Origin: a virus | Taxonomy: Duplodnaviria; Caudoviricetes | DNA length: 64,000 nucleotides | Reading direction: 5' to 3' (one strand) | Virus record (IMG/VR): IMGVR_UViG_2534682025_000001 | Location: 1 to 64,000 of that record | Shown: piece after piece, positions 1 to 9,100 of the stretch | Position numbering within the stretch: position 1 is the first letter of the stretch | Layout: each line of letters starts with the position of its first letter | Made by a program: the position numbers and the translations under genes | The notes under the pieces: model-generated | The model's input: the letters and a program-made list of their open reading frames with translations, nothing else | Databases searched by the model: none | What the model was told of the DNA's origin: nothing

Positions 1-384
1 ATGGGGTGTTTGCTTTCAACGGGGAAACTGGTGACAAGCTGTTTACAAGAGTCAGTGACAAGTACTTGGTTTTATGCCTATTTAACTGGAATAGCTCAAC
101 AAGTAAAACAGACATATAACCTTCCATTGGTTCTTATTGTTGATAATGCCTCGATTCATAGAAGTAAAAAGATGGCTGATTACAGAGAGCTACTTAAAAC
201 TAACTTTTCGACGAATCTGTATTTTATTCCAGCTTATAGCCCTGAGTTAAATCGAATCGAGATGGTATGGAAGCAGATGAAATATTATTGGCGAGATTTT
301 CAAGTCATGACAGCTGACAAAATAGAGCAATGGGTGGAGAAAGTATCAAACCAATTCGGAAAAGAATACATGTTTACTTTTTAA
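1..384 (+). mobile_element. IS630-family transposase, C-terminal DDE part (start outside window)
   Basis: Motifs LIVDNASIH and FIPAYSPELNRIEMVW are typical of IS630/Tc1 DDE transposases. Confidence 0.85.
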
Positions 385-421
385 TGGATACTTATTAAAC
401 TGAATGAATTGCGCAGACATT

Positions 422-446
422 AAAAAAGCTCGCATTTCTGCGAGCT
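422..446. terminator. Intrinsic terminator-like hairpin
   Basis: AAAAA-AGCTCGCA-tttc-TGCGAGCT stem-loop with the A-run on its left, giving a U-tract on the minus strand. Confidence 0.5.
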
Positions 447-1256
447 CTGTGTTGGATGGCTAGTGCTAGATTTATTGTCTGGTGATGAACATCAAACTCA
501 ACTAACTGTCATTGATCCGTCCAACTTATCGGTAGCGTCTTATTGGTTTTACGACCTACCATGAGTTCAATATAACAGTATTTTTTTAGCCAACAATACT
601 CTTTTACACTTCTAAAAGAAGACTTATACAAGATTCCAATTGTCATTTTTTTAAAGCAGATTAGAATATTTCTGGCTTGTCTTACGAAGAATTTTGCATT
701 CATATCATCTTTATCTAATTTATTGATTTCTAGAAAAATACCTTATTAAGCATACAACTTCCCATTGCATAGACGGCTCAATACTCTCGTTCATAATCTC
801 AATAAGCGCTTTAAAATTTAAGTTGGAATATGATTTTTTATAAAAAAATACTTCCGGAAAAGGACGCAATATTCAAAGAAACTACTGTCATAGAATCGAT
901 ACGACTAATTTTAAAATGATTATTTTTCAAAAAATGGCAACAATTTAATCTCCCATCAAGATCAATTAACCATATTTTTGTCTGAGTATTTAATTACTTA
1001 CATAAGGAAATCAAAATTATTCAATTGATTTTCTGAACGTTAAATACCATATTTTTATTTGCAGCATAGTCAAATATTCAGAACCTTACTCAGCTTTTCA
1101 AATCCACCCTATTTACAGCCAAGCGATCTATAGATTCTCAATTTGATTAAAATAAAAACATCCACTTAATGAAAATTTAATTTTATATCAACCTTAAACA
1201 TTGAATATAAATGCAATACAATGCTCATAAATACATCGAGATATATCTAATTTTTT

Positions 1257-2828
1257 ATGTCAGCTAATAATTTTAGGAAACACCTTGATCTCAATTTAAG
1301 GCAGTTAATACTTTTATTGGCTATTTTTAGTGTGTCTAGCCTTTTTATTATTTCTCTCATTATTAGCTATCAGATCGTAAAAAATCAGTTAATCGACAAT
1401 TCTCTTGCCTTAAACTCTGATCATGCACATAAAATTGCATTAAGCACAGACAACCATTTTAGAAATATGCTTCTTGAGCTGGACTATAGTGCCAAGATAT
1501 TAGGTCAAGACTTTAATAACAATGAGCTAAGAGAAGCCGAGGTCAATAAATTAAAATATCAGTCTGAACACTATAACAGTGTTGTGATCAGTGACACCCA
1601 AGGCAGACTGATAAACTTTTCCCCTAATATTCTGCATATTGATAAAAGCAAAATACAACATACTCAAGGGATTATTGACTCTCTTCATAAAAAATCGACT
1701 TATATATCTTCGCCCTATTTTTCTGTGCAAAAAAATATGATTGTGTTTATTTCTCAACCTATTTTTGACAAGTCAAATCACTATCAGGGCTTCATCGGTT
1801 CAGCGATTTATTTAAAAGAAAAAAATGTAATTAATCAGCTTCTAACCACTTATAAAAATTATAAGAATAGTTATATGTATGTGATTAACAATGAAAATAA
1901 AATTATTTTCCATCCCGATCGTGAAAGAATCGGTCAATTGGCCAGCAATAATACTGGTCTGGAATATATGCATGCGCATAAAAATGGTCAAATTCGTTTA
2001 ATCAATAGTCAAGGCGTTGATAATCTGGCAGGTTTTTCTCATATTCCGACTTCAAACTGGATCGTGGTTTCCCAACAACCCACCCATGACTTACTTAAAC
2101 AGGCAAATTCTATCCTCTATAAATTAGCCGCAGGATTCTTTTTATTTTATCTGCTTGTTTTTTATATTGTATGGCGACTGTCTGACTCTATCTCGGCCCC
2201 GTTGAACCAACTGGCAGATATGGCGAGTTTACTGAATCAGGCAGAAATCGGCTCAAAAATTAAGAATATCCAGCCCTGGTACTATGAGGTCACAAAATTC
2301 AAGTTAGCCCTACTGCTCAGTGTTCGCAAATTTTCGCAACAAATGAGCAAGATGGATCATCATATTAATACAGATCCTTTAACCGGCTTGATGAATCGTC
2401 GTGGTTTGAATTATGCCATGACTCAAAACATGAAGATGAACATCCCTTTTTCAGTACTTCTGATGGATGTGGATCATTTTAAAAACATTAATGACAATTA
2501 TGGTCATGATCAAGGTGATGTTGTCTTAAAGCATATTGCCAAGACGATGCAGCAAAAATTTCGTAAAGATGATATTTGCTGCCGCTACGGTGGTGAAGAA
2601 TTTATCATTATTATACCGAACAGCAATCTCACTGAAGTTTATGAAAGCGCAGAAAGGTTCAGAAAAGAAATTGCAGGTAAAGAGATTCAGGACATAGGTC
2701 ACATTAGCATTTCGATTGGTATTGCTTCTTGGCCAGACAGTTCTAAAAATATTCTAGACGTTTTGAAAACTGCCGATAACAATCTTTATCGGGCGAAAGA
2801 CGATGGACGCAACTGTGTGCGTTACTAA
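1257..2828 (+). CDS. Sensor (dCache) diguanylate cyclase, host gene
   Basis: Two TM segments flank a Cache-like domain; DPLTGLMNRR, DVDHFKNIND and RYGGEEF motifs of a GGDEF domain. Confidence 0.9.
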   Translation: MSANNFRKHLDLNLRQLILLLAIFSVSSLFIISLIISYQIVKNQLIDNSLALNSDHAHKIALSTDNHFRNMLLELDYSAKILGQDFNNNELREAEVNKLKYQSEHYNSVVISDTQGRLINFSPNILHIDKSKIQHTQGIIDSLHKKSTYISSPYFSVQKNMIVFISQPIFDKSNHYQGFIGSAIYLKEKNVINQLLTTYKNYKNSYMYVINNENKIIFHPDRERIGQLASNNTGLEYMHAHKNGQIRLINSQGVDNLAGFSHIPTSNWIVVSQQPTHDLLKQANSILYKLAAGFFLFYLLVFYIVWRLSDSISAPLNQLADMASLLNQAEIGSKIKNIQPWYYEVTKFKLALLLSVRKFSQQMSKMDHHINTDPLTGLMNRRGLNYAMTQNMKMNIPFSVLLMDVDHFKNINDNYGHDQGDVVLKHIAKTMQQKFRKDDICCRYGGEEFIIIIPNSNLTEVYESAERFRKEIAGKEIQDIGHISISIGIASWPDSSKNILDVLKTADNNLYRAKDDGRNCVRY

Positions 2829-2858
2829 TTTGATTTTTCAGATTTATAGTTAAATAAA

Positions 2859-2872
2859 TGGTGCGCTCAGCG
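2859..2872 (-). repeat. att core copy (tRNA 3' end CGCTGAGCGCACCA on minus strand)
   Basis: TGGTGCGCTCAGCG is identical to 41615-41628; the reverse complement ends in CCA. Confidence 0.85.
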
Positions 2873-2932
2873 TGCATACGAATTGCATTTTAAGCTATTG
2901 TTTTGACTAAATTTATATTTTGCTTTTAAAAT

Positions 2933-2956
2933 ATGTACCACTAAATGTACTACTAA
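2933..2956. promoter_or_regulatory. Integrase arm-type sites, left arm of prophage 1
   Basis: ATGTACCACTAA-ATGTACTACTAA tandem; the same 12-mer recurs at 41451-41503. Confidence 0.7.
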
Positions 2957-3197
2957 AATAAAAAGTGCTTCGGGTTCTAGTCCCTTTTATCAATATATTA
3001 CACCAGTAAAGCTCAGGAAATACGCATCATTTTTCTGTTATCTCTACCATGTCAACGTAGTATCTTTATAGCAAAAACAATAGGTTATTTAAATTTGGGG
3101 TAATCTTGGTCTAAACGTGACTTTATCCACAAGTCTTTGAATCCTTGTGTAAGTAGATTATATCATCTATTTTGATTGAGATAGAGGGGAAAATATA

Positions 3198-3413
3198 ATG
3201 GAACAACCACACATTTACTGCGATAGAAAAATTATTAAGTGCTCTGTATGTAGAGCGTGGGATGACTATAGTTTTAATGATACCCAGCACTTTTCTATTA
3301 TTGCGGCTGCGGAAGGCAAACAAACTCGTGGGCTCTACTCTATTGAGAGTATTAAGTGCAAAGAATGCAATAAGGTGGCTAAGAACAATCAGGATCCCTA
3401 TTTTTATTATTGA
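3198..3413 (+). CDS. Small Cys-rich (CxxC...CxxC) protein
   Basis: ORF with AGAGGGG RBS; CSVC and CKEC pairs. Confidence 0.55.
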   Translation: MEQPHIYCDRKIIKCSVCRAWDDYSFNDTQHFSIIAAAEGKQTRGLYSIESIKCKECNKVAKNNQDPYFYY

Positions 3414-3422
3414 GGGATTGTT

Positions 3423-3539
3423 ATGAAAACATGGACCTACTTTTACATAGAGCGCACGATAAAGAATGGAGAGATTTTTAGGAGGGAATCTGGGTGGGCT
3501 CTATTTTTATCTAGAGATATGAATAAATCAAATAGCTAA
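3423..3539 (+). CDS. 38-aa micropeptide MKTWTYFYIERTIKNGEIFRRESGW... (not in ORF track)
   Basis: GAGGG RBS; homologue at 42797-42898 with mostly synonymous changes. Confidence 0.5.
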   Translation: MKTWTYFYIERTIKNGEIFRRESGWALFLSRDMNKSNS

Positions 3540-3552
3540 CAAGGTGAATTAA

Positions 3553-4500
3553 ATGGGTGAAGCTAAAAAGCGTGGAAATTTTGAAAAACGAAAAAAGGAA
3601 GCTTTAAAGAATATTAAGCGTGGAATCATCACCCCACCTGGCAAAATTAATATTCAAGGCAGTACTTACCACATGCAGCAAGGTATGAGCGCGGATGAAA
3701 TGCTTTATCTGAGTTTATATTGGGATGAGATATTAATTCCAACAGGATATATCCATGTTTCAACACCATTTGAACAAGAGTTAATATCCAATAAAATACT
3801 AATTAGGCCTCATAGTTCTCAAATACCACCATGTGCATCATCTTTAACACCGGAAGGACACTTACGGATTGAAGCTCATGAGCTTTATGCCTTTGGTGAG
3901 TTCGCGAAAAATAAATTACAATCAAAAGGAGAGGATTGGATAATTCAACATATTTCAGATGATCCAATGTATTTACCAGAACACAGAAACGAGCAAAACA
4001 GCATTCGTTTTAGAATCACAAACTCCCTCCCATTTCCAGCCTATAATGAGTCGTTTAATATAGATGACCTTTTAGATTTTAAACAAAGAAGAAAAGATCA
4101 ATTAGGGGAGCTTCACCAATCAATGGATGAGCTACTGAAGCGTGTTTATCTAGAGCCTATTCATGCATTAAGAGAAAGTGAATTAAAAAGGTTTGAAAAT
4201 GCTGTGGATGAGCTAGATAAGCCACTAATTGAACGTTTTAAGATTATTAGAAAGAGTGACTGGGAGGTTAATCTTAGTCCTGACATTCCCACATTGATTG
4301 AAAAAGGAGGGTTTATAGGGTCGGGTGTGGCTGCTGATCAAGCACTAGGACTAAGCCTGCCAGTGTTTAGTGGTATTGCAGCATTAAGTTCTATTTTATC
4401 AATTTCAAAAAAATATGGCTTTACTTTCAATCAATTTGCTAAAGATGATTTGAGGTTGGAGTACATCTCAGGTGCAAAATCTGAAAAAATAATTCCATAA
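3553..4500 (+). CDS. Accessory (moron) protein, resembles DUF6236 family
   Basis: 315-aa AT-rich ORF opposite to the late operon; motifs LYWDEI and DDLLDFKQRR; absent at the equivalent site of prophage 2. Confidence 0.6.
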   Translation: MGEAKKRGNFEKRKKEALKNIKRGIITPPGKINIQGSTYHMQQGMSADEMLYLSLYWDEILIPTGYIHVSTPFEQELISNKILIRPHSSQIPPCASSLTPEGHLRIEAHELYAFGEFAKNKLQSKGEDWIIQHISDDPMYLPEHRNEQNSIRFRITNSLPFPAYNESFNIDDLLDFKQRRKDQLGELHQSMDELLKRVYLEPIHALRESELKRFENAVDELDKPLIERFKIIRKSDWEVNLSPDIPTLIEKGGFIGSGVAADQALGLSLPVFSGIAALSSILSISKKYGFTFNQFAKDDLRLEYISGAKSEKIIP

Positions 4501-4560
4501 CACAAGCCAACCCGGTATATACCATCATATACCTCTAGAATCACTTATTTATTAAAATAA

Positions 4561-4584
4561 AAAACAAAGCCCTCATTAGAGGGC
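4561..4584 (-). terminator. Terminator at the end of the late/lysis operon
   Basis: GCCCTC-atta-GAGGGC plus A-run; near-identical copy at about 42901-42925. Confidence 0.65.
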
Positions 4585-4614
4585 ATTATTTTATTTAATT
4601 GGGAAACTAATTTC

Positions 4615-5361
4615 TTAATTCCATTGCTCATATTCAATTAGAACTTTGGCCACAGCTTTAGCAGCCAACCAGTAACGCGCATTGAATCGGGCTAATTCAT
4701 CCTCATTCGAGATAAAACCCAATTCAACAATCAAGCCACCGGCATTCACGTATGCCAGCCGACCACGTGCTGATTTGCTTTGGTCGATCCAGCCGTTATC
4801 GCCACGTAATCGACTACCCAATGCATCGGCTACAGCCTTTGATAGGTCTTGAGCTAGCTTCTTATCTTTTGACAGCGCAATGGTTTCAATGCCGTTTGCC
4901 TGTTTTGATGCTGCAGCATTCATGTGGAATTCAACTGCTACAGATGAGCCTTGAATCAATTTTACCGCAGCAGACAGTGGATCGTTTTTGGTTCCGGTTC
5001 CATCGGTTTTGATCTGCAACCCTGCCTCACGTAAATAGTGAGTCACCGCATTGCGGAAATTGACGACCAGATCTGCTTCTTTAATTTTTCCATTTACAGC
5101 ACCCGGGTCGGTATTGCTATGCCCTGCTGTAATGGTGGCGAAGCCTAAAGGCTGATTGTGTAATTGTGGTTGTGCGATTTTACGACCCACCCAACTCAGT
5201 GCTGGCAATACAGTACCAATAATAAAAGGTGCATATTGTTCAGGGATAAAATTAAAGTCTAATGCCCACTGCAGTGTTAAAGCTGCAAGCATTAAAAAAG
5301 CCCCCAGTAGAGGGAGCTTCACAGATAAGTATTTCCAGACATTTTCAGGGATGAATTTCAT
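4615..5361 (-). CDS. Endolysin: N-acetylmuramoyl-L-alanine amidase (Amidase_3) with N-terminal 2-TM holin-like domain
   Basis: AGHSNTDPGA, KEAD, EFHMNA and VELGFISN zinc-amidase motifs after two hydrophobic helices. Confidence 0.85.
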   Translation of the reverse strand: MKFIPENVWKYLSVKLPLLGAFLMLAALTLQWALDFNFIPEQYAPFIIGTVLPALSWVGRKIAQPQLHNQPLGFATITAGHSNTDPGAVNGKIKEADLVVNFRNAVTHYLREAGLQIKTDGTGTKNDPLSAAVKLIQGSSVAVEFHMNAAASKQANGIETIALSKDKKLAQDLSKAVADALGSRLRGDNGWIDQSKSARGRLAYVNAGGLIVELGFISNEDELARFNARYWLAAKAVAKVLIEYEQWN

Positions 5362-5915
5362 TTTTCCTCTCTCATATTTCGTTCATAAAGTTTGTTTCGG
5401 ATTTCTTCAACTGTTCTTAAGAGCTGGTCGGATTGTTTTTCAAGAACTTGGATGGACTGGCTATTTGCCATTGTCTGAGTGTTCACTGTGTCAGTCTTGG
5501 CGGTTTGATTATTCCAGGTGACAGCAAAGGCCCCAATTAATGCAATGCCACCCCACCGAACCAAATTGGTCACACTATCGATCTTGGTTTTACTTTCATT
5601 CAGCACCCGGATCTGAAGATCGATTTCCTTAAATTTTGGATCGATCTCATTTCGGACTTGTTTGATCTCGCTTTTAAAGTTTGACTTGGCTCGATCCAGA
5701 TCATCTTGTAGATTGTCCCGAGTCTGAGTTAAGTCATTCCGGGTTTGCTGATGCTCTTTGTTGAGTTGCTCTAACTGCATATTCATACGGTCAAGCTTTT
5801 GGGGCATTTCAGCTAACTTATCCATGCTTTTAGATATGTCATTGATCTTGTCTGAGATGGCAAGAAGTTGCCCTGCTGTTGCTACTGGTGGGTCAGATGA
5901 GTAGTCATTTGACAT
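5358..5915 (-). CDS. Coiled-coil single-TM lysis-cassette protein (holin/antiholin-like)
   Basis: Start MSND with GGGGG RBS; coiled coil then TM (WGGIALIGAFAVTW); overlaps the endolysin start. Confidence 0.6.
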   Translation of the reverse strand: MSNDYSSDPPVATAGQLLAISDKINDISKSMDKLAEMPQKLDRMNMQLEQLNKEHQQTRNDLTQTRDNLQDDLDRAKSNFKSEIKQVRNEIDPKFKEIDLQIRVLNESKTKIDSVTNLVRWGGIALIGAFAVTWNNQTAKTDTVNTQTMANSQSIQVLEKQSDQLLRTVEEIRNKLYERNMREEK

Positions 5916-5978
5916 TGCGCCCCCTAAATTTTGGTAATAAAAAAGCACCCAGTTGGGTGCCTTGATTCACTTATACTC

Positions 5979-6158
5979 TTAACTCTTTAAAACCAAAGAT
6001 TCTTTGAATATTAAATATTCTTGAGGTGATACTTGAGATTCAACCTGCAGGTAACTTTGATTTCCATCCAGGTGTATTGTGTCTGATAAGAACTCAGGAC
6101 ATTCAACTACATTTTCAATCTCACCAGATGATTTATCATAAACTGCATAATAAGCCAC
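5979..6158 (-). CDS. 59-aa protein after the tail tip gene, possible fibre assembly factor (not in ORF track)
   Basis: GTG start with GAGG RBS; MAYYAVYDKSSGEIENVVECP...; same position as the 181-aa protein in prophage 2. Confidence 0.6.
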   Translation of the reverse strand: MAYYAVYDKSSGEIENVVECPEFLSDTIHLDGNQSYLQVESQVSPQEYLIFKESLVLKS

Positions 6159-6161
6159 TTT

Positions 6162-9100
6162 TTATTTCCTCATTGTCATTGCGTGTATGTATCGCTGTGA
6201 AACACTAATATTTCCTCCAGTTACAGCAATTAATTGAAGCTGGAATGTGCCAGCAATGCCGGTTGAATCATGTCTTGAAATATTCATAGTTCCTGCACCT
6301 CTAGATTGGTTATCGATATTCACTGAGTGAGTATGTCCAGGATCGGCTGCAGATGTAAAACTAGAACTATTCACATTAAATGAGTGACTATGAGTTCCAG
6401 CAGAATTGGTTCCTGCTGAATCACTGAAGCTGTGACTATGAAAAGTACCGCCTGCATTTGTTGATCCTGTATTGCCGGAAACGCTCACGCTGTGAGAATG
6501 GCTACCTTCATTGCTTGTATTTCCTGAAAAAGAAACCGAGACCCCGTGTGAGTGCGATCCCGATAGTGATGTAGTTTTTCCAACAGTATTGGACTCTAGA
6601 TAAAACACTTCCAGATTCTCAAATACTACATTTCCATTTTTCAGCACACGACATAGGATTTGCTGTTTAGTATCAAAACTATTAAAGCTAAATACAGCCC
6701 CGAAAGTTAAAATCGTATGCCCCATGTCAGCAGGAACGTAGAGCGTTTGAATTGTGGTATATCCTGCCCCAACTTGGATTGCAGCCTCAGCAAATGCAGA
6801 TACAGGTACAGTTACTGCATTGTCCTTGATCTTCAATGTATCAACAGCAAGATTTGCAATCTTTGCAGTCTTAACCGCCAAATCTTCAATATGCGAAGTC
6901 TTGACAGACTGATAGTCCATCATTGCTGATCTCAAGTAAGCGGACACAGGAAACACTGTACCTGTCACCGGATCAGTGAATGGCGTATTGCGGAAAATGA
7001 ATGGGTAATAACCTGTGCTATTACCAGAACCAATGGCAAATGAATCAAAGTTCAAAATGAAATTAGATTCCTTGCCATCGTTAGCACCACCCCAACCTGC
7101 GACCTTTCCATTTACGTCGAGTTTGATGTACTTCTGTGCATACAGACCACTGACTGATTGTACGACCTCTTGAATTGATGCGGTATTTTGACCAACACTG
7201 GATTGAACTGTGTTAATGGTTTGACTTAGTGCATTGTCTGCATCAGCACGGGCAATCGCTTCAGCCTGAATAAGCGCTGTATTATCTCCAATCTGTGCAA
7301 CCGTCGTATCAATGCGCTGACTCAAAGCCATGTCGTTTTCAATCATTGCTGATTGCAAAGTCCATGTACCCGCAAAGCCTTCGGTTGAGCCAATCAGGTC
7401 TTCAGTTGAGCCAATTAACTTCGGATTGACTTGTGCATATACACCATCAATTTTGGTTGTATTGGCACTGATTTTTCCCTCATGCTCAGCCACTTTTGCA
7501 TCGGTTTGAGACAATGCGCCAGTACTGGCCTTATTTCCCAGCTCCAGAGTAATCGCATCAAGTCGTGTTGCGTTCGCGCCTGATTGTGTTGCAGCAACAT
7601 TCGCAGTAGATAAGGCAGTTGCAGCGGTTTGATTTGCTGTGTCTGCTGTATCGGCTGCCTGATTTGCAATTGCACTGGCCTGACTGGCTAGACTTGCTGC
7701 TGATCCAGCCTGAGTCGTTGCAGTCTCAGCCTTGTTTAATGCAGTGGCTGCATTGGTCTTTGCAGTATTTGCATTGCCTTCTGTCGTAGTTACACGACTA
7801 TCCAGCGCTTGCACTGCTTGCGTATTTGCAGATGTCGCGGTTACCGCTGTGTTTACCTGTTGCTGAACATTTGCAAGTGCCTGATCATTGCTGCTCTTGT
7901 AGTTATTCAAAGCGTTCAGGTTAGCAGTATCACCACTTTGACGATCTTCAATCTCCTGAGTTAGGCCATCATCCAGATCCTGCACTGCCGAGATGCGTTG
8001 CTGGGTCTCCTGATTCAATGCAGTATTCAGCTGATCTGCCTGAGTCTGTACTGCTGTGATATTATCGATTAAATTGCCGATATCACCATCAAGTCCTGCA
8101 ATCGTGTCGATCTTATCAATCTTGGTTTGCAAATCTTGGTGCAGTTGAAGCTCTGTAATTTTCCCCGACAAAATATCTAGCACTGCTGAAGCATCAGCAG
8201 ATGTTGTAGCACTAACACGTGCAGACCATGGCCCAACATTCCCGATCCGGTCAATCAGGCGACCGCGGAAATAGCGCGTTAAGTTTGGCTGCATACCTTG
8301 AATTACGTGTGTATCTGTTGGATAGGCAAACAAGCCCAGCTGCGCAGCATTGGCACCGTTGGCTGTGCTAGAAATCTCAATTTCCGTATACGCGGTATCA
8401 AGCGCACCAACTGCAGGAAAGTTCCAATTCAAACGATAGCCAAACAGAATGCCGGTAGCTGATAGATTTGCCAAAGCAGGCGGCAAGCCTTGTTTTCCAG
8501 TCAGTGCAGTCAGAATTGAATATGTTGGCAGTGAAGCAATATCAAAGGCTGAAATTGCTGTCACGCGCGCTTCGTAATTACCTGCATATATACCTGATAC
8601 TTCAGCTGAGTTGTTCCCAGTAATTGGTAACTTAATCCAAGTACCATCATCCTTGCGCCATTCCACCTGATACTTGGTGGCACCAATTGCCTGCGGCCAA
8701 GCGATAATCATGGTTTCAACAGATAGGCCTTGCTGCACCATAGTTTCAGAAGTAATTGATACTGACTCTACGGGTGCTTGAATTGTTGGATTGATGATGG
8801 AAATCGGACGCTCATCAATGAAAGCACCGAAATCGATTGCATCATATTTGGCTGATTCATATTGCAGACCTGTAATTGAAAACTGATGTTTGTCATCCTG
8901 AGTAATACTCATGACGCGAAACTTCATGGTTTTCAAATCCTGCGCATCAACTGCCCAGACATTTTCCGCAGCAACCGCATCAAATGCAGTGGTTACTATG
9001 ATATTACGACCATTTACGGACGATACGATTCGACCCTGTGCCTTTCCATCCTCACCATTCACCACCAGTCGATCACCTGCACGGCATACCACATCATCAC

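Noticed and set aside
509-1250. AT-rich region with a 64-aa ORF
   Set aside because: No recognisable motif or convincing repeats; treated as host intergenic DNA
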